Below are positions 35,126 to 49,019 of a stretch of 64,000 nt of DNA, in pieces (position 1 is the first letter of the stretch; each line of letters opens with the position of its first letter). The notes below the pieces were generated by a model. That model ran no database searches, had not been told where the DNA came from, and was given only the letters and a program-made list of their open reading frames with translations. Position numbers and translations under genes: made by a program. This DNA comes from Octopus sinensis (lineage: Eukaryota): positions 19,282,001-19,346,000 of the forward strand of contig NC_043015.1 of assembly GCF_006345805.1 (NCBI RefSeq), written 5' to 3'.

Positions 35126-36816
35126 AGGTTCTCAAATCATATTGTTTAAATATCACCCAATCTGTTTCCTCAAGTTGTTGACTGATGTGTAGCAATGTTT
35201 CCACACCAGTATTGGCTGCCTCTACAGACAGCCAACACTGACATGAAAACATTGCAAATATGAATTCAGATGATTGGTTTGGTTTAAGTAGAACATTTTC
35301 CTTCTGTAGTACAGGGAATGGACTGAATATAAAACTTTAAATATAAAATCCAAAGTTTTCAAGGATTATTGTGTGTCTGGATAATTTTCAAGGGCTTTCC
35401 AGGCCTGAAATTTTACTTTTGAAATTCAAGAGTATTCAAGGAATCTAAGGACCCACAGGAACCCTAATTAAGAAATTGGTAAGGCCTGCAGCATGATTTT
35501 CATTTTTAGAGTTATATGTGAACACAGGCCAACCTGCATGAGGATCTGCCAGCAGTTATCCTCACATATATAACATTCAGTGTCACAACATAGTGGTTAA
35601 TTTCAATACTCTGAAAACCAAACTAGCATGTGTCCATTTTTCAAAGATAATTCTCACATTTTTTCAACAAAACCATACAGATACGGATATTGTAAGAAGT
35701 GGCTTGATGAGCTGGTTCTAAAGATATCCATATCTGTATGGTTTTAACCGAGAGAGTCCCAAGAAATTTCAAGCTGTGGTAGTCTTATACTAGTTTATTT
35801 TTTGGCCATTTTGATTGATGATTTAGGTAAATGGTTAACATAGATCTGAGCTCTTTCACCTCCAGAATGCATAAACCCCATAACATTAATGTCAATACAA
35901 CTGCTTTGTTAACTGGTTGAGTGCTGGAAGCAACTGTTGTTGTTTTGAAGAAAAGTGGATTATCAGCATGGTATCAGTATCAGCAAAAGATCACAATTCT
36001 GCTGCTATTGACAGCCGATATATGATTGGCTGTTGGTTATACAGCATATGTAATGGTGATAGCTTGTCTTGAAAATTATTCAGAAACAGAAAGACATGCC
36101 CCAAGTACAGTTCCACCCAGGATGATTTATTGAGTGATGCTGACTGTTGAACAGCCTCACCTCTCGTCTGTGATATCTAATAATTCAGCTTAGAAAATGT
36201 AGTGTTGCTGATGACTACATCAGCAGCACTTCATCCAGTAAGATGAACTTACTTATCTGAGTGGTGTTATCACACCTGTGTAATCAGAGCGCAGATATCA
36301 ATTTTGGTATTGGTCAATATTGAATTGAGCTATTGGATATCAGAAAATATCGATAATACACATATCGGCTCAACCCTAGGAGATGGCTATTCAGTTTGGG
36401 GAATTGGGTATACGAAGGCTGATATCTTCAATACATACTGTGAATCACTGATGAAAGTTTCAACTGGCCAAATGAAAGTTTGCCTTTTTTGCCATACCAG
36501 TTATATGCTCGCCTAATTTGCTGGTCAGAACATGGTGTCATATCCTTCCCACTGTATCACTAGCATTTTTACCCCCAAGCACAGCAAAGTAATTAACCTG
36601 AAAATGGATGGATTCAGTTATAAAGCTTTATACTCTACAAGCTAAATGACTGATGATACATTAACACTTTATATTATGAGAACACAAAAAAGCACAGCTG
36701 TCTTTGACTGTATAGAAAATTTGTCAACCATTCCAAACATATTTGAATTATAAATTAGATGTAGGGGCTTCAACAATTTTGTTTTAATGACAGAGTGATA
36801 AATTTGGGCAAATATA

Positions 36817-37981
36817 CGAGGGGTGTTCAATAAGTAATGCCCCTGACTCACTTCCCATAGCAGTAGAGCAACGAAACTTGGCACAGTTATTAGTCTTTTT
36901 TTACATAGGAACCACCCAGAGTTACGCATTTCTCCCATTGTTTGATGCAGCTCTGGAGACCGTTTTTGTAGAAGACCCCAGCTTGGTCCTCCAACCTGAA
37001 CGTGACTTCAGAAATCAAGGCTGCATCATCTGGGAAAACGCTTTCCTTTCAAAAACAACTTCATGACTGGAAAGAGGTGAAAATCAGAGGGTACAAGGTC
37101 AGGAAAGTAGGGGGATGGGGGAGGAGTTCATAGCCATACGCCTGTGCTTCTGATCTGGCGACAAGCGAGTTGTGGACCGGAGCATTGTCCTGCAGGAGGA
37201 GGATGCCTTTGCTGATCTTGCCCCGCCTCTTGATTTTGATAACTTCTCTTAATTTCCTCAAAAGTGAAGCATAATAGGCTCCTGCAATTGTGGTACCCTT
37301 TGCCAGGAAATCTGTCATCACTACTCCGTCCTGGTCCCAGAAGACTGTGAGCATGACCTTGCCAGCAAATTTTGACTCATCTTCTTGGCACATCTCCAAA
37401 TTCACCCTCGAGCACTCGATGCATTCTTGCTTCTGGAAAGGCGTGAGCAACCTAGGAATCCATCTGGCAGACACCTTTTGCATATGCAAATGGTCGTGAA
37501 TGATAGTTTCCACAGACCCGGTACTAATCTTGACCTGATGGGCTATTTGGCGAATAATTATGCATCGATCTTCCAAAATGGTAGCCTCAACTTGACGGAG
37601 AGATGCCTCATCAATGGCAGAAGGGGCGACCAGATCTGGGAGCCGTTTCCACAGAGTTCCGACCATGTTTGAATTCACGATGCCAGCGTTTTACAAGGTC
37701 ATATGATGGGGCATCATCACCATAAGTTACTTTCATTTCATCAAAAGTCTCCCGTGGTGTGCGTCCTTTCAAATACAAAAACCGGATCACTGCTCGACAC
37801 TCAACAGGCTCCATTTCACACTTGACTCGGTTCAAACACCTGTAAATCGGAAACCACAATTAATTCAGAGCTGTAATTTGCCACTTACTCTATAGAGATA
37901 TAAATGATTGCACATGCAAAATTTCAGCTAGATCCAACAATTGCAAGTGGGTCAGAGGCATTACTTATTGAACGTCCCTCG
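36817..37981 (-). mobile_element. Mariner transposon with both TIRs, internally deleted and frameshifted
   Basis: TA|CGAGGGGTGTTCAATAAGTAATGCC...GGCATTACTTATTGAACGTCCCTCG|TA; ORFs 37611-37859 and 37061-37678 (SARWIPRLL, AGKVMLTVFWD, QDNAPVH). Confidence 0.92.
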
Positions 37982-38519
37982 TAAGAGTCCAGAAAGATAT
38001 CCCATCATTAAATTACACATGGTGCACAACGTCAATTTCGGCATCTAGGCTATTTTGTGACAAACAGTGACAACATACAAATAGGATCAAGTTTTGCGAA
38101 TTGTTTATGCATGTGATGTCCACTTGTCAGAGGATTTAAACCCACCGCCATTGGTTGACTTATTTTACCATTAAAACAGAACTTGTAAACCATAGTATAC
38201 AAGCACCATGCTACTTTCAGGAAGTTCCTGCAGAGACCTTAATCAAATAATCTTTTCAACTGAATATCAGGTTGATGCTCTTAAATATTTTTAATTACTA
38301 TACATTCAAAACAAACTGAATCTGAGGTTATGAGTACCGAGATGAGCACACAATGGTGGGTGTGAGTTTCTATGGTGTGTGTGTGTGGGATATGGAAACA
38401 CAGGCATGTAAAGAATGAAGGAAGCAATAGTCACATGTAAGTAGACAGATCAGTTAGAGATGGGCAGAGAGGTTATTAATGAACCAACAGGTAAAACCAT
38501 GAAAATGTAAAATGTACAA

Positions 38520-40185
38520 CTTAACATGTTATTTTGAACCACACCATCACTTAACTAAGCTTCCAATGCCTCAACACCCTCTTGACTCTCACAAGGGAAA
38601 TGAATTGTGTCGGGGAGTATTCTTGTCTCCGAAATGGAGGATGAGGATGGAATATTTTGAATTAGCTTCAGTATAGCCTGCAGCATTTCCCTCTGCTGGG
38701 ACTGTTCCTCTTGAATTTTTTCATTTGCAGGGAATAGCCGCTGATCCGGAACTGAAATAGAAAACAGAAAAAGAAAAGGTAGAGTAGAGTTACAAAATAT
38801 TTGCTGAGTATACCTCATGACATTAGTAGCTAACAGATATACTGAAAATGATACACTATCAATAATAATCTCATTTCACATTTGCTTTCTGGAATCGGGG
38901 AGATCGCTAAACCAACAATCAACTATCTGTGGCCTTATATAAAGTCTAGTATAACACTAATATTTATTTGCCTTTTCTAGTTTGCCGTGATTACGGGTAG
39001 AGGTTTCATATTTCAGAAATGGGAATTATGATACCTATTTAACAGGGAAGTGGCACCATGTTTCAGTGCCCCGAGGGCCTCTAGAATAGTAAAAGACACT
39101 AAAGTTAATATTACAGTATTATATTCCTCATGCTAATACAAGCAAAGTTTTTGTACCTCTTCTCCCAAAAGAGAAAACGTCCAGCATGGAGATGCTGTGG
39201 CTATCTGAAGCTAAAACTTGACATCATTGCACAAATATCAACAGACCAGTTAGGATGAGTTATACAATTTATTGTTTTTAAGTAATCCTTTTAAAACAAG
39301 TTAAGTTAAATTCATAAAATTCTTGAACATGTGTTTTTTTCTTTTGACTCTACCCTCATTTACTTGCCAGTTATTTCTTAAGCACTGTAGTTATGTATCA
39401 GAGTGAAAGCATACATTTCAAACATGGCTCTGCATGGAATGATACCCAAGAGCTGCTTTCAAGCATGAAATGTTTTATTTTTCTGTTTATAAATAAATTT
39501 GAAACCACTTTCCACATACCTTAAAGTATACCAATGACATAATATTGACTTACCATGCAACAACTGTTCAGATTTTCCTGACAAGTTGGGAGGAGCTACA
39601 TTTGCACTTCTTTCTTTTGGGTTATTGTGAATGTCAGTTGATTGTGGATATCTACTTGGCTCTGGAGAAGACAAGTGGGGTTTGAGATGCTCTCTCTTTT
39701 GGAAACTGTGGAGGTGCAATGGCCCAGTGGTTAGGGCAGCGGACTCGTGGTCGTAGGATCGCGGTTTCGATTCCCAGACCGGGCATTGTGAGTGTTTATT
39801 GAGCGAAAACACCTAAAGCTTCACAAGGCTTCTGCAGGGGTGTTGGTGAACCCTGCTGTACTCTTTCACCACAACTTTCTCTCCCTCTTTCTTCCTGTTT
39901 CTGTTGTACCTGTATTTCAAAGGGCCAGCCTTGTCACATTCTGTGTCACGCTGAATCTCCTCGAGAACTACGTTAAGGGTACACGTGTCTGTGGAGTGCT
40001 CAGCCATTTGCACGTTAATTCCACGAGCAAGCTGTTCCGTTGATCGTATCAGCTGGGACCCTCATCGTCGTAACCGACGGAGTGCTCCTATATTTGGAAA
40101 CTGAATGACAGGAGGTGGCTTTTGAAGCATCCGTCTTTGATACTCAGAATCATCATCCTTCTCATCATCTAAAAAAACTGGTGCC
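38520..40185 (-). pseudogene. Decayed spliced ORF, two phase-compatible exons (40185-39554 and 38751-~38520); DUF4806-like/transposon accessory type suspected
   Basis: Acceptors ttttgtacag and ctatttcag; donor CATG|gtaagt; phase-1 join gives V-PDQRLF. One frameshift, a SINE insertion and a TAG. Confidence 0.55.
39709..40092 (+). mobile_element. tRNA-derived SINE, full length
   Basis: A box tggcccagtgg, B box ggtttcgattcc, 11-bp TSD tttggaaactg (39698-39708 and 40093-40103). Confidence 0.9.
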
Positions 40186-41441
40186 CTGTACAAAATTGAA
40201 TGGAAAACAAACAGGGAATTACATGTATTTCCCTTCACATAGTGAATAACATGGGTATATGTTTGTCAATACATAACCTTAGAACACATTGCAACTCATA
40301 CAAATGTTTATGATAAGCCTCAAACTTGTAGTGCTATCTATGGACGTGTCTGACAGCCTACCCGCACTTTCACGTAAAATGAAAGGTGGATGGTATGTGG
40401 GGACTCAGAGTTTTACATAGGTATCCTGAGGAACTGATATTCAGCCCCACTTCCAATGCAAATAATAAAATCAGCAAACATGGGGTCATCCTAGCTGTCA
40501 GATATGTTGATAAACACCAAAACAAAAAAATAAACAAACATCTAAAAGTGATACCCCAAATTATACTACTTATTAAAGAACTGTCTGTCTGGAATCTGTA
40601 GACAGGCTATCTGTAGCTCTCCTAATGATATCCATTTCTGTAGGGTTTCATTGAGAAATTTGAAATACATGTTGAGCTGTGGTAGGTTTATGTTGGTTTA
40701 TTTTCTATTTGTTTTTGGCTACATGCACCAAAACGAATAACCTGTCAGATGTTGATGACCATTCAATTATTAGCTTTAAATGTAAACAGCATAATGTTTG
40801 TTGATGCTTCAAAAACACAATTTTAAGAACTTTTTTCATCCCAATTTAACATACCTTAAATTAAATGTTTGGCTCCAAGTTTTGAAAATGGCATTATGAC
40901 ACTAGATAAATCACGTGTTTTTTTAATCCTAACTTTCGACAGAGATATTGAATTTCCCTGCTTTTGATGTGGAAAATGAAAGGATTGCATTTTAAGTTGC
41001 TTCCCCTGTCCCTGCGTGTCCAGCTATAGCATGACAGTAATCCAATGTCCTCCCGATGTTGGAGTACTGTTAAAAAAATTAACAATACTACTACAAATAC
41101 AATTTTTTCAACATGGATGATGATAGTAGTAAATGGAACTGACAATGAGAAATGCAAAACGTAAAATAACTCAGTTTTGATGTTGTATTGATGACGGGCT
41201 GATATCGGCAAAAAAATTATCGATATTCCGCTGTTCACCCGATATCGGCCCAATATGATCAAGTCAGCTGGGAACATGAGCCATCACTCCAAACCGATCC
41301 TCAAAGAGAACTGGAAGGTAATGAGATGTAATTCTTCCCTTTACTAATCCTACTTATTAGATAATTTTTAAATATTTAAATGTTATTACGGAGATGTACT
41401 TGCATAGCAAGTGACCTGATCTGAGATTGTGTGCTGGAACG

Positions 41442-41732
41442 AAAACAATTGCAGCATGGAAGGTGTTTATAAGCCATTTAAGAAACACACAAAAATCATT
41501 AGATTCACTTCAACATTTAAATTTAATTTGTCAAAATATTTTTGGCGCTTTCAGACCACGACCTGTTCACTGACAAAATTCCATGCAGCACAGAATTTTG
41601 TCAGTGAACAGGTCGCGGTCTGAAGGCGACGAAAATATTTTGATAAATTTAATTTAAATGTTGAAGTGAATCTAACGGTTTTTGTGTGTTTCTTAGATAG
41701 CTTATAAATACCTTCCATGCTGCAATTGTTTT
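41442..41732. repeat. Foldback element with arms of about 140 bp
   Basis: aaaacaattgcagcatggaagg...ccttccatgctgcaattgtttt, with a short loop near 41585. Confidence 0.9.
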
Positions 41733-42509
41733 AAATGTTAGTATTTCAAAATATAAATCACAGAATGACTTTTTTTTTTCTTAAGATATTAAAGAAACTT
41801 AACAATATAGGATTATGGTTATATCTTGTTGAAAACATTAATTCTTAACTGATAGCCCAAATCAGGTTTGATTATGACTTAAGAGTATCAGCTGCCGGAG
41901 ATACATTTGTAAAAAGCTGCTTTTTCATTCTAGTTGTACACAGTAAAAAAAAAATGAACTTAATATTGTATATCAAAAACATTTAAAGAAAGTTCAAAAA
42001 GTTATCGGGACAATTCATGACTTATCTTTGGCAGCTTGGCTTGCCTTTCAGTAAGTAAATGTAAATGTAGCTTATTAGCACACATTTTTAGCATGTCATA
42101 GAAAATGTCTATTTGTAAATCTCTCAACAAGAGACGTTCAGTAACAGTACCCTAGAGTAAAGATTATTTGCCAACATAATGTGGCAGTCCTGGTTAAGGA
42201 TGAATGTTACTGTTATTTAGCCCCAGGAAACATTCTCTCCAGCTGGCTATATAATACACTATCTGTGTCCTTATATTTTTGAACAAGGGAGTTTAGCATC
42301 CCCACTCAGAACAAAATAATATCTGTGTATCGCAGCTTCTGGGTTATTTCTCTTCATTAGCACAGAATAACTGTTTGGCTAAAGGTAAATTCTTTATTAT
42401 GATAATGAATATCACATAGAGTGGACAATACAGGACAATACACACAAATAATGTTATGATGAGTTCGAATGTAACTTATAGATTTAAAATATTGATGAAA
42501 TATATATAT

Positions 42510-45500
42510 ATTTTAACTTGGATGGGGGATTACACCCAGTTGCTTGAAAGGCCCAGCGACAATCCCATTCCATTTTCCAATGAGGATTAAGTAGGGTTAC
42601 TCACACCCACCTTTCTTATCACGGCCTTCCATCTTTTCTCGAACACACTTCGCAACAGAATTCTCCTCTCCAGCCCTGTCTTGCCCTTCAGATGGTATCT
42701 GAAGTATAATAGTAGACCAGGGCCAGAGATGAAGAATCCCGCCACGAGTCCTTGCAATCTGGTCTTCCACACACACTCTTTCAACACTGCAACTGAACAG
42801 AGAAAAATGCTTCACCTTCTTTGAGAGTCTGGTTGACGGCAAAATCTTTATTATAGACTCAGCTGATAGCTGTACTCTGCCTAGATGTGACAACACATGT
42901 TCAACGTAAATTATCAAGCCTGAAAGCTTCTGACAGTGTACAAAAGCATGCAGGACGGTTTCATCGTCCAGCCCACATCTTGGACATGCCGTTGACATTC
43001 TGTGCCTGGATAATTTATTGCGAACAGGTAAAGTGTTCCTGTAGCACTGCCAGATCAGGGATTTTTAGTAATTATCCAAATACCCTGGCCTGAAAGCTTT
43101 TTGGAACAGGTTGGCAAGTTGGTTTTCGTCGAACCCCAGAGCCCCTCCTAGGACATCATTTTTAAACTCTACCAGCCCTTTATACAAAACCGAGGTGGTA
43201 TTCCCACTGCCAGCCTTGCCTGTCTTGTGGATTAGCACGAGTGCCTGTCGACACTCCTTTTGCCATTCTGTCAGATTACGTCTTTTAAAATAACCTGGTT
43301 TGAATCTCTCCAAAGAGGTTGGTCGCGGAAAGAATTCCTGCACCAGCAGATTCCACACCTTGTCACCCTCCAGGTAGTGCCAGAGATGTCTCAGCCTGAA
43401 TGCATGTGTACACATCATTAGCCAGGGCATCCCTAACCCACCCTTTAGCTGTTCTTGGCAGCAGACGGAGCACCTCACAAGTGGCTTTCCTCCTTTCCAC
43501 AATAAGCGGAAGAGGAAGCACTCCAACTTCTTTAAACACAAGTCAGGGCCAGGGACAACGGTTAGGCAGTAGGTGATTACAGATGCAATAAACACCTGTA
43601 CCACATCTGCCCTTCTGTTCACGGACAGAGCCTGTCCGGACCAAGTCTGAATTAGGGCCTCTACCCTGTCTTCCACCTCGCTCCAATTCTTCTTCATCTG
43701 GGAGTCCAGTCCAAACCAAACGTAAAAGGACCATCTGTCCAATGACCCGAGACACTGGATGATATTGATTTGCTCCTCAGGTGCCGAGGTGCAAGCCGAT
43801 GGACTTGTCCCTGTTAAATTTTGTCCATGCCACCACCTCATATCCTTTGATAGGGTCCTCTACACAAGGTAGCTGAGCCTCATTGGAGACGATGATGGTG
43901 ACGTCATCCGCATAAGCAGAGACCTACTTATTGCATCCAGTTTTCATTGGGGGTGCACCCCAAATTCTCCAACTTCTGCAGTAATGTCTCAAGAGCCAAC
44001 AGAAGCAGAGACAGGGGACAATCTTGACGAACTGAGTGCTTGATCAAAAACGGCTCCGACAGGTAGCCATTTATCTGAACTGTGGATTTGATGGTGCTAT
44101 ACATTGCGGAGATCCACCTACAGAAGTCCGGGACCAGCCCAGCCACTTTGAGGACCACCTCCAGATACTGGTGGTCTACCCTATCAAATGCTTTACTTTG
44201 GTTTAAATGGACTAGTGCCCTACCTTTGCCGGTTAATTTTCCCAACCTGTCTAAGGTGTAGTGTATAAGGGGAAGATTGTCCTGGGTTGACCTGCCTGGA
44301 ATGGTGCATGTCTGCGCCTTCCCTACAAGCTTCTCCACGACACACATCAACCTTTGCTAACACCTTGGCCATAATCTTTAACTCTACATTGAATAGAGTT
44401 ATGGGCCTATAATTACTTATACTGTCCCCCTTGCTCGGGTCCTTCTGGATCAGCATCACCACTCCCCAACTCACAGAGCTGGGAATCCTCCCATTCTGTT
44501 GCCAGCAGGTCCCCAAACAACTCCAGCATGCTATGATAAAACTCATAGGGTAGACCATCCAGCCCTGGCATACTCGGCCAACACCTCTTTGACCTCCGCA
44601 GTATTCCACCTCACATGCCAAGAGTCATGGTCCACCAGCGAGGAAGCCCTTTACGAATTCCCCATGCTCTGCCAAACAACCGGGTGAAATGCTGGTGAAA
44701 GGCCTTTTGCATCATTTCCTGTCCATAGATCTTGTGCCCCTGTTTGTCAGTTAAAGACTTTATAGAGGCTTTATTGCCCCTCTGACGCTCCACACAACGG
44801 GCCCATCCGGCAATGTTAATACCTTCTCACCCCACTGCATGTAGCTTAGCTCTAACTCTGCAAACTTCGTGTTTGGTTTTGAGGTGACAGTACAAGACCA
44901 TTCTTGCCGCCAGCACTCTAGCTGCAGAGCCAGATTCCATAGCCTTGTCTAAATTCTTAACTAGTTCCCTTTCTACTCTAGATCTAACTAAACTTAGCTG
45001 ATTGCTAAATCTAATAGACTCTAAACAAATGGCTTTATTGAGGGCCACAAAGTGCCCTCTGTACTAAATCCTTAATCCGGGCACGGAAAGCTTCACAAGT
45101 CAAAATAGACTTGTTCATCTTCCAGTACCCGGGTCCCTGTCTATGACATTTATCTATATGTACCTCACACGTCACAAATTTGTGATCCGTGTAAGGTACA
45201 ATACAAAATTGTGAACAACTAAAAGTATTCCTATCTCTTTCTCTAACGAATACCCTATCTATATAAGATCTGCGTGAGCCGTTATTATAACTCCACATCC
45301 ACTGTGGAACGCTCGGCTCATCCAGTCTGTAATGGTCTACTAGATTATAGCTCTCTAGTAGACCCTTGAGGCCAGGATTTCCCCTCCTATCAGTCAAGCC
45401 AACACAATCCACCCATGCATCGAGGATAATCTTAAAGTCTCCTAACAGAACTACTGTTTTTGACGTCACTAGAAAGTGCTCTAGGTCTCAATAAAGATCA

Positions 45501-45715
45501 GACTGCATACACTCCTTAGGAGCATAGACTGCTACCAACTTGAAGGACTGTTTTCTTTTGTGAGTCACATCTAGGACGACCAGCCTACCTTCTGGGTCTA
45601 GAAAGACTGTACTTAGCTGAAAGTTCAAGGTCTTCCTGAGTAGGACCACCACCCACCTCTTCCTCATTGGCTAGGAGAAATAAATTTCTCATAGCCATTT
45701 AGAAGAGGCAAGAAC
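42510..45715 (-). mobile_element. L1/Tx1-clade LINE ORF2 (APE, RT, zinc finger), decayed
   Basis: VLLGDFK, SYIDRVF, RQDCPLS, SAYADDVT (~43900-43920) and CPRCG..DETVLHAFVHC. Confidence 0.9.
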
Positions 45716-48700
45716 ACTTGTGGCCCACTCATCTTGGACTTAGTTGCAATGCATACATCTATATCTCATGACGTGAGGTCATTCAGGAGACAAGCTTGTT
45801 TCCTTTCTTCAAATACTTTTAACACAGAAGCTTATCCTCTTTCTATCATCTCTTCTATTTCCTCTGAACTGGTGAAGTTTTGGCACTTGCTTCATTATTT
45901 TGTGTGCTCAGTTCTCATGGCTGAAGCACTTCAACAAATCATTAATCCAATGCATTCAATTATGTTCTTTCACACTAACTGCTTAGATGCCAGAAATCAG
46001 CAGCTTTCTTTTGTCAATAACTCATCTGCACCATTCTTAAGAAGGAAGACCTTTCACTATGTATGCCAACACAGATCAATACTAGACAGTAAGACTAATC
46101 CAACACAGATGAATACTAGACAGTAAGACTCAGCAAACACCTTCATTGTATTTCACAGTTAACTGTGAGTATATAGTATATCAAGGGCGCTGAAAAAGCA
46201 GCTAACATAGTTCAGACAGTTGTATTTCATAGTCCAGCAGAAGCCAGCAACACAACAATGAATTACAGCCAAATTATTTTGGACACATGACTTCACAAAC
46301 GAGACTCTCAATAACTTTTTCTGTGCATATTTTTATGTTTATAATTCATTTCATTTTAGTTTAAAATATGAAAAAAATTGCCCTGCAAACATCATTTATT
46401 CACAGATACATAATATCTTTGCAGCAAACATGTCCAAAGTTAACAAATTTTTTGGCAGCTTTCATTTGCAGTCCACTTCACACATATGTGCATATTACAT
46501 GGTGTTCCATATTTCTTGTTGATTATACACCATTTATGTATTTGTATTACTCACTGTCCTCTTGCAATGATTTGTACTTCATGTTTTTGCATAAATGTTT
46601 GCAGTTGTTTTGTTCAGACTACTTAAACTTCACTGCAATTTCTCTAGTCCCAGCAATATAGAGATAATTTTTGTTTTCTAAACAAATCAACATAATAGAG
46701 CAGTACCAGGTATGAAAGTCAAATCAGGAATGTGTTGTTTTGGGGCAAGCACCATTGGAATGAAAATTCTATTTTTCAATACAACTTTGTAACTAATCCT
46801 CTGAAAGCATAAAATGCTATTTTTAACACTGAAAGGAACATGGCAAAATTGATAGTCTTCACTCTACTTTAACTTCAGTGAACTTTTTATCTGACTCTGA
46901 GAAAAATGTTTGATGATCATAAGTTCAAAAGCAGAGGAAAATTATTTATGCTGGAAATTTTCAATCATGGCATCAATCTGTAGAAGCGTGTATGTCTTCA
47001 AGTCAGAGGACGAATTTATAGTTTGAGAATAAAATACACTTATCTTGTGGCAGTTTATCTTTCATTACTAATACTTGTAGCAGTAAGGTGATATTCTGAA
47101 TTTAATGATACCCTGAAAATATATTCTCTGTGAAATTTTACTAACTCATCCTGTTTTTATTGCAATGAATATGCCAATTAAGACAAAGTATAGGCATTTC
47201 AATGCATACTACAGCAAGAAAATGATGAAATTTAGGATTTGTTGCAAAAGAATTTTTTGAGGAACTATGATATTTAACGATGATATGGTTAAGTTAACCT
47301 CCAAAAAACTTAACCAAGAATAACGTTGCTACTCAAGTTTTTAATATAAGACTAATAGAAGGATAATGTTTACCTTTCAGTTCAATACCAATAGTGCATA
47401 TACCAATAATTTTAGCATTTTAATTTGTGTCTTACAGTTGCTACACATAGTTAATAGTGAAATAACAGAAAGTTTGTTTGCTGCATATAAGTTTATAAAA
47501 CTGAGAATTATTGAATTTTAAAAGGACATGAGTAGTAAGACAAACAAAATATTTTCATGATAGAATAAAAAGTGGATTTTAATGTGTCAGCAAGAATTCA
47601 GGGAAAAATAAAGACATATTTTTAATGTGTATATTGTGTGTTGATGTGAAGAATATTTGTAACCAAAATTAAGATTTAGTAAGGCCAGGAAAAATTGCTC
47701 ATTGTTCAAGCAATGTTCATAATTTCAAAACAATGCCTTTATTTGTGAAAGTGCACATATTTTGAATGAGGTGAAAAGTTAATCTATAATGTGTAATTGA
47801 ATTCATCAATACATAAATGCATTCATCAAACACGTTAGCTTAATGCATAATGTGAAATACCATAATTAGCAGTGTGTGCATTGTGATTCATGCAAGATGC
47901 AGAAAGGCAATATCTGTCTTGTGAGGTCTCTTCAATAAATCCGTGTCCTATGATGCCAAATGGCAGTTGGTGAGTTAGCTGCTGTGATTGTTCAATTCAG
48001 CTTTTTGGTGCAATCATTAATCAGTAGCAGCTTAAGATACTTCCTTTGAGGTTCAAAAAAACGGTCACGTGATTAATAATTTAATGCCAAGGCTGATAAC
48101 ATTTTAGCACCAAGAGAATTGAACAAAGCTGATTGACTGCTAATAACTACCAATATGTTTATGTATGTGTTTGTGCATGCAAGACAGCAGTGAAAAATGT
48201 GAAAGACATAAGGAACATAATGCTACAACTCTGAAATAAGTTTACCTTTGATATAGAACTTAACTTGGATCTTTTTTGGTTTGGTTGCCAGTGGCTCCAA
48301 AAATCTTAAAATTTGGCACAATAATACACTTGCCCAAACTAAATTTCCAGCAAAATGTTTTTAAAAAGTTTTAGAGGTTTAAAGTTTGATCCATTTTCAC
48401 CCAGTCAGGAAACAGGATTTGGAAGCTGCCATTTTGTGCGTGACTGCACATTTTGTCATTAGCATCCTGAAAATAGCACGTGTTGTCAATATTTGTAAAC
48501 AACATGTGTTATGTCTCCGGTAATTTTCTTTCATGTAAATAAAGCTTATTTAGCTGTTATTTTTAGCACACTTCACAACCACCTCAATGCTCAATGATAA
48601 AAAGAAACAAACATTAAACAGACGATTTAAATATGTTTACTTACAATTTAAATATGCTTAAAAAACAAACATTTAAGCATTCAATATGCATTTAATGCAA

Positions 48701-49019
48701 ATGTGATGAACAACACACTACATGCGATAAACAATTTTTAACAGAAAGATTTGGAAGAATTGGATGAAAGTACTCTGGTAATTTTCTCCCATGTAGAAGA
48801 TAAATGTTTATGTTAATTTTAAAATTTGCCAGTAAAATCTTATAAAATGACAATGTTTCAAAAGATGTACATGTTTATATGTTATATATGAAATTAAGAG
48901 TGAACAAAATATGCTTAAAAAACAAACATTTAAGCATGCAATAAGCAACACATTTCAAAATATTTTTTAGGTTGAAAACGAAAGTTAGAAATGCATTCAA
49001 CTAATTTTTCAAACAAATC

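Noticed and set aside
40894-41277. 127-aa minus-strand ORF as a membrane or horizontally acquired gene
   Set aside because: No recognisable motif; the hydrophobicity is explained by the T-rich strand.
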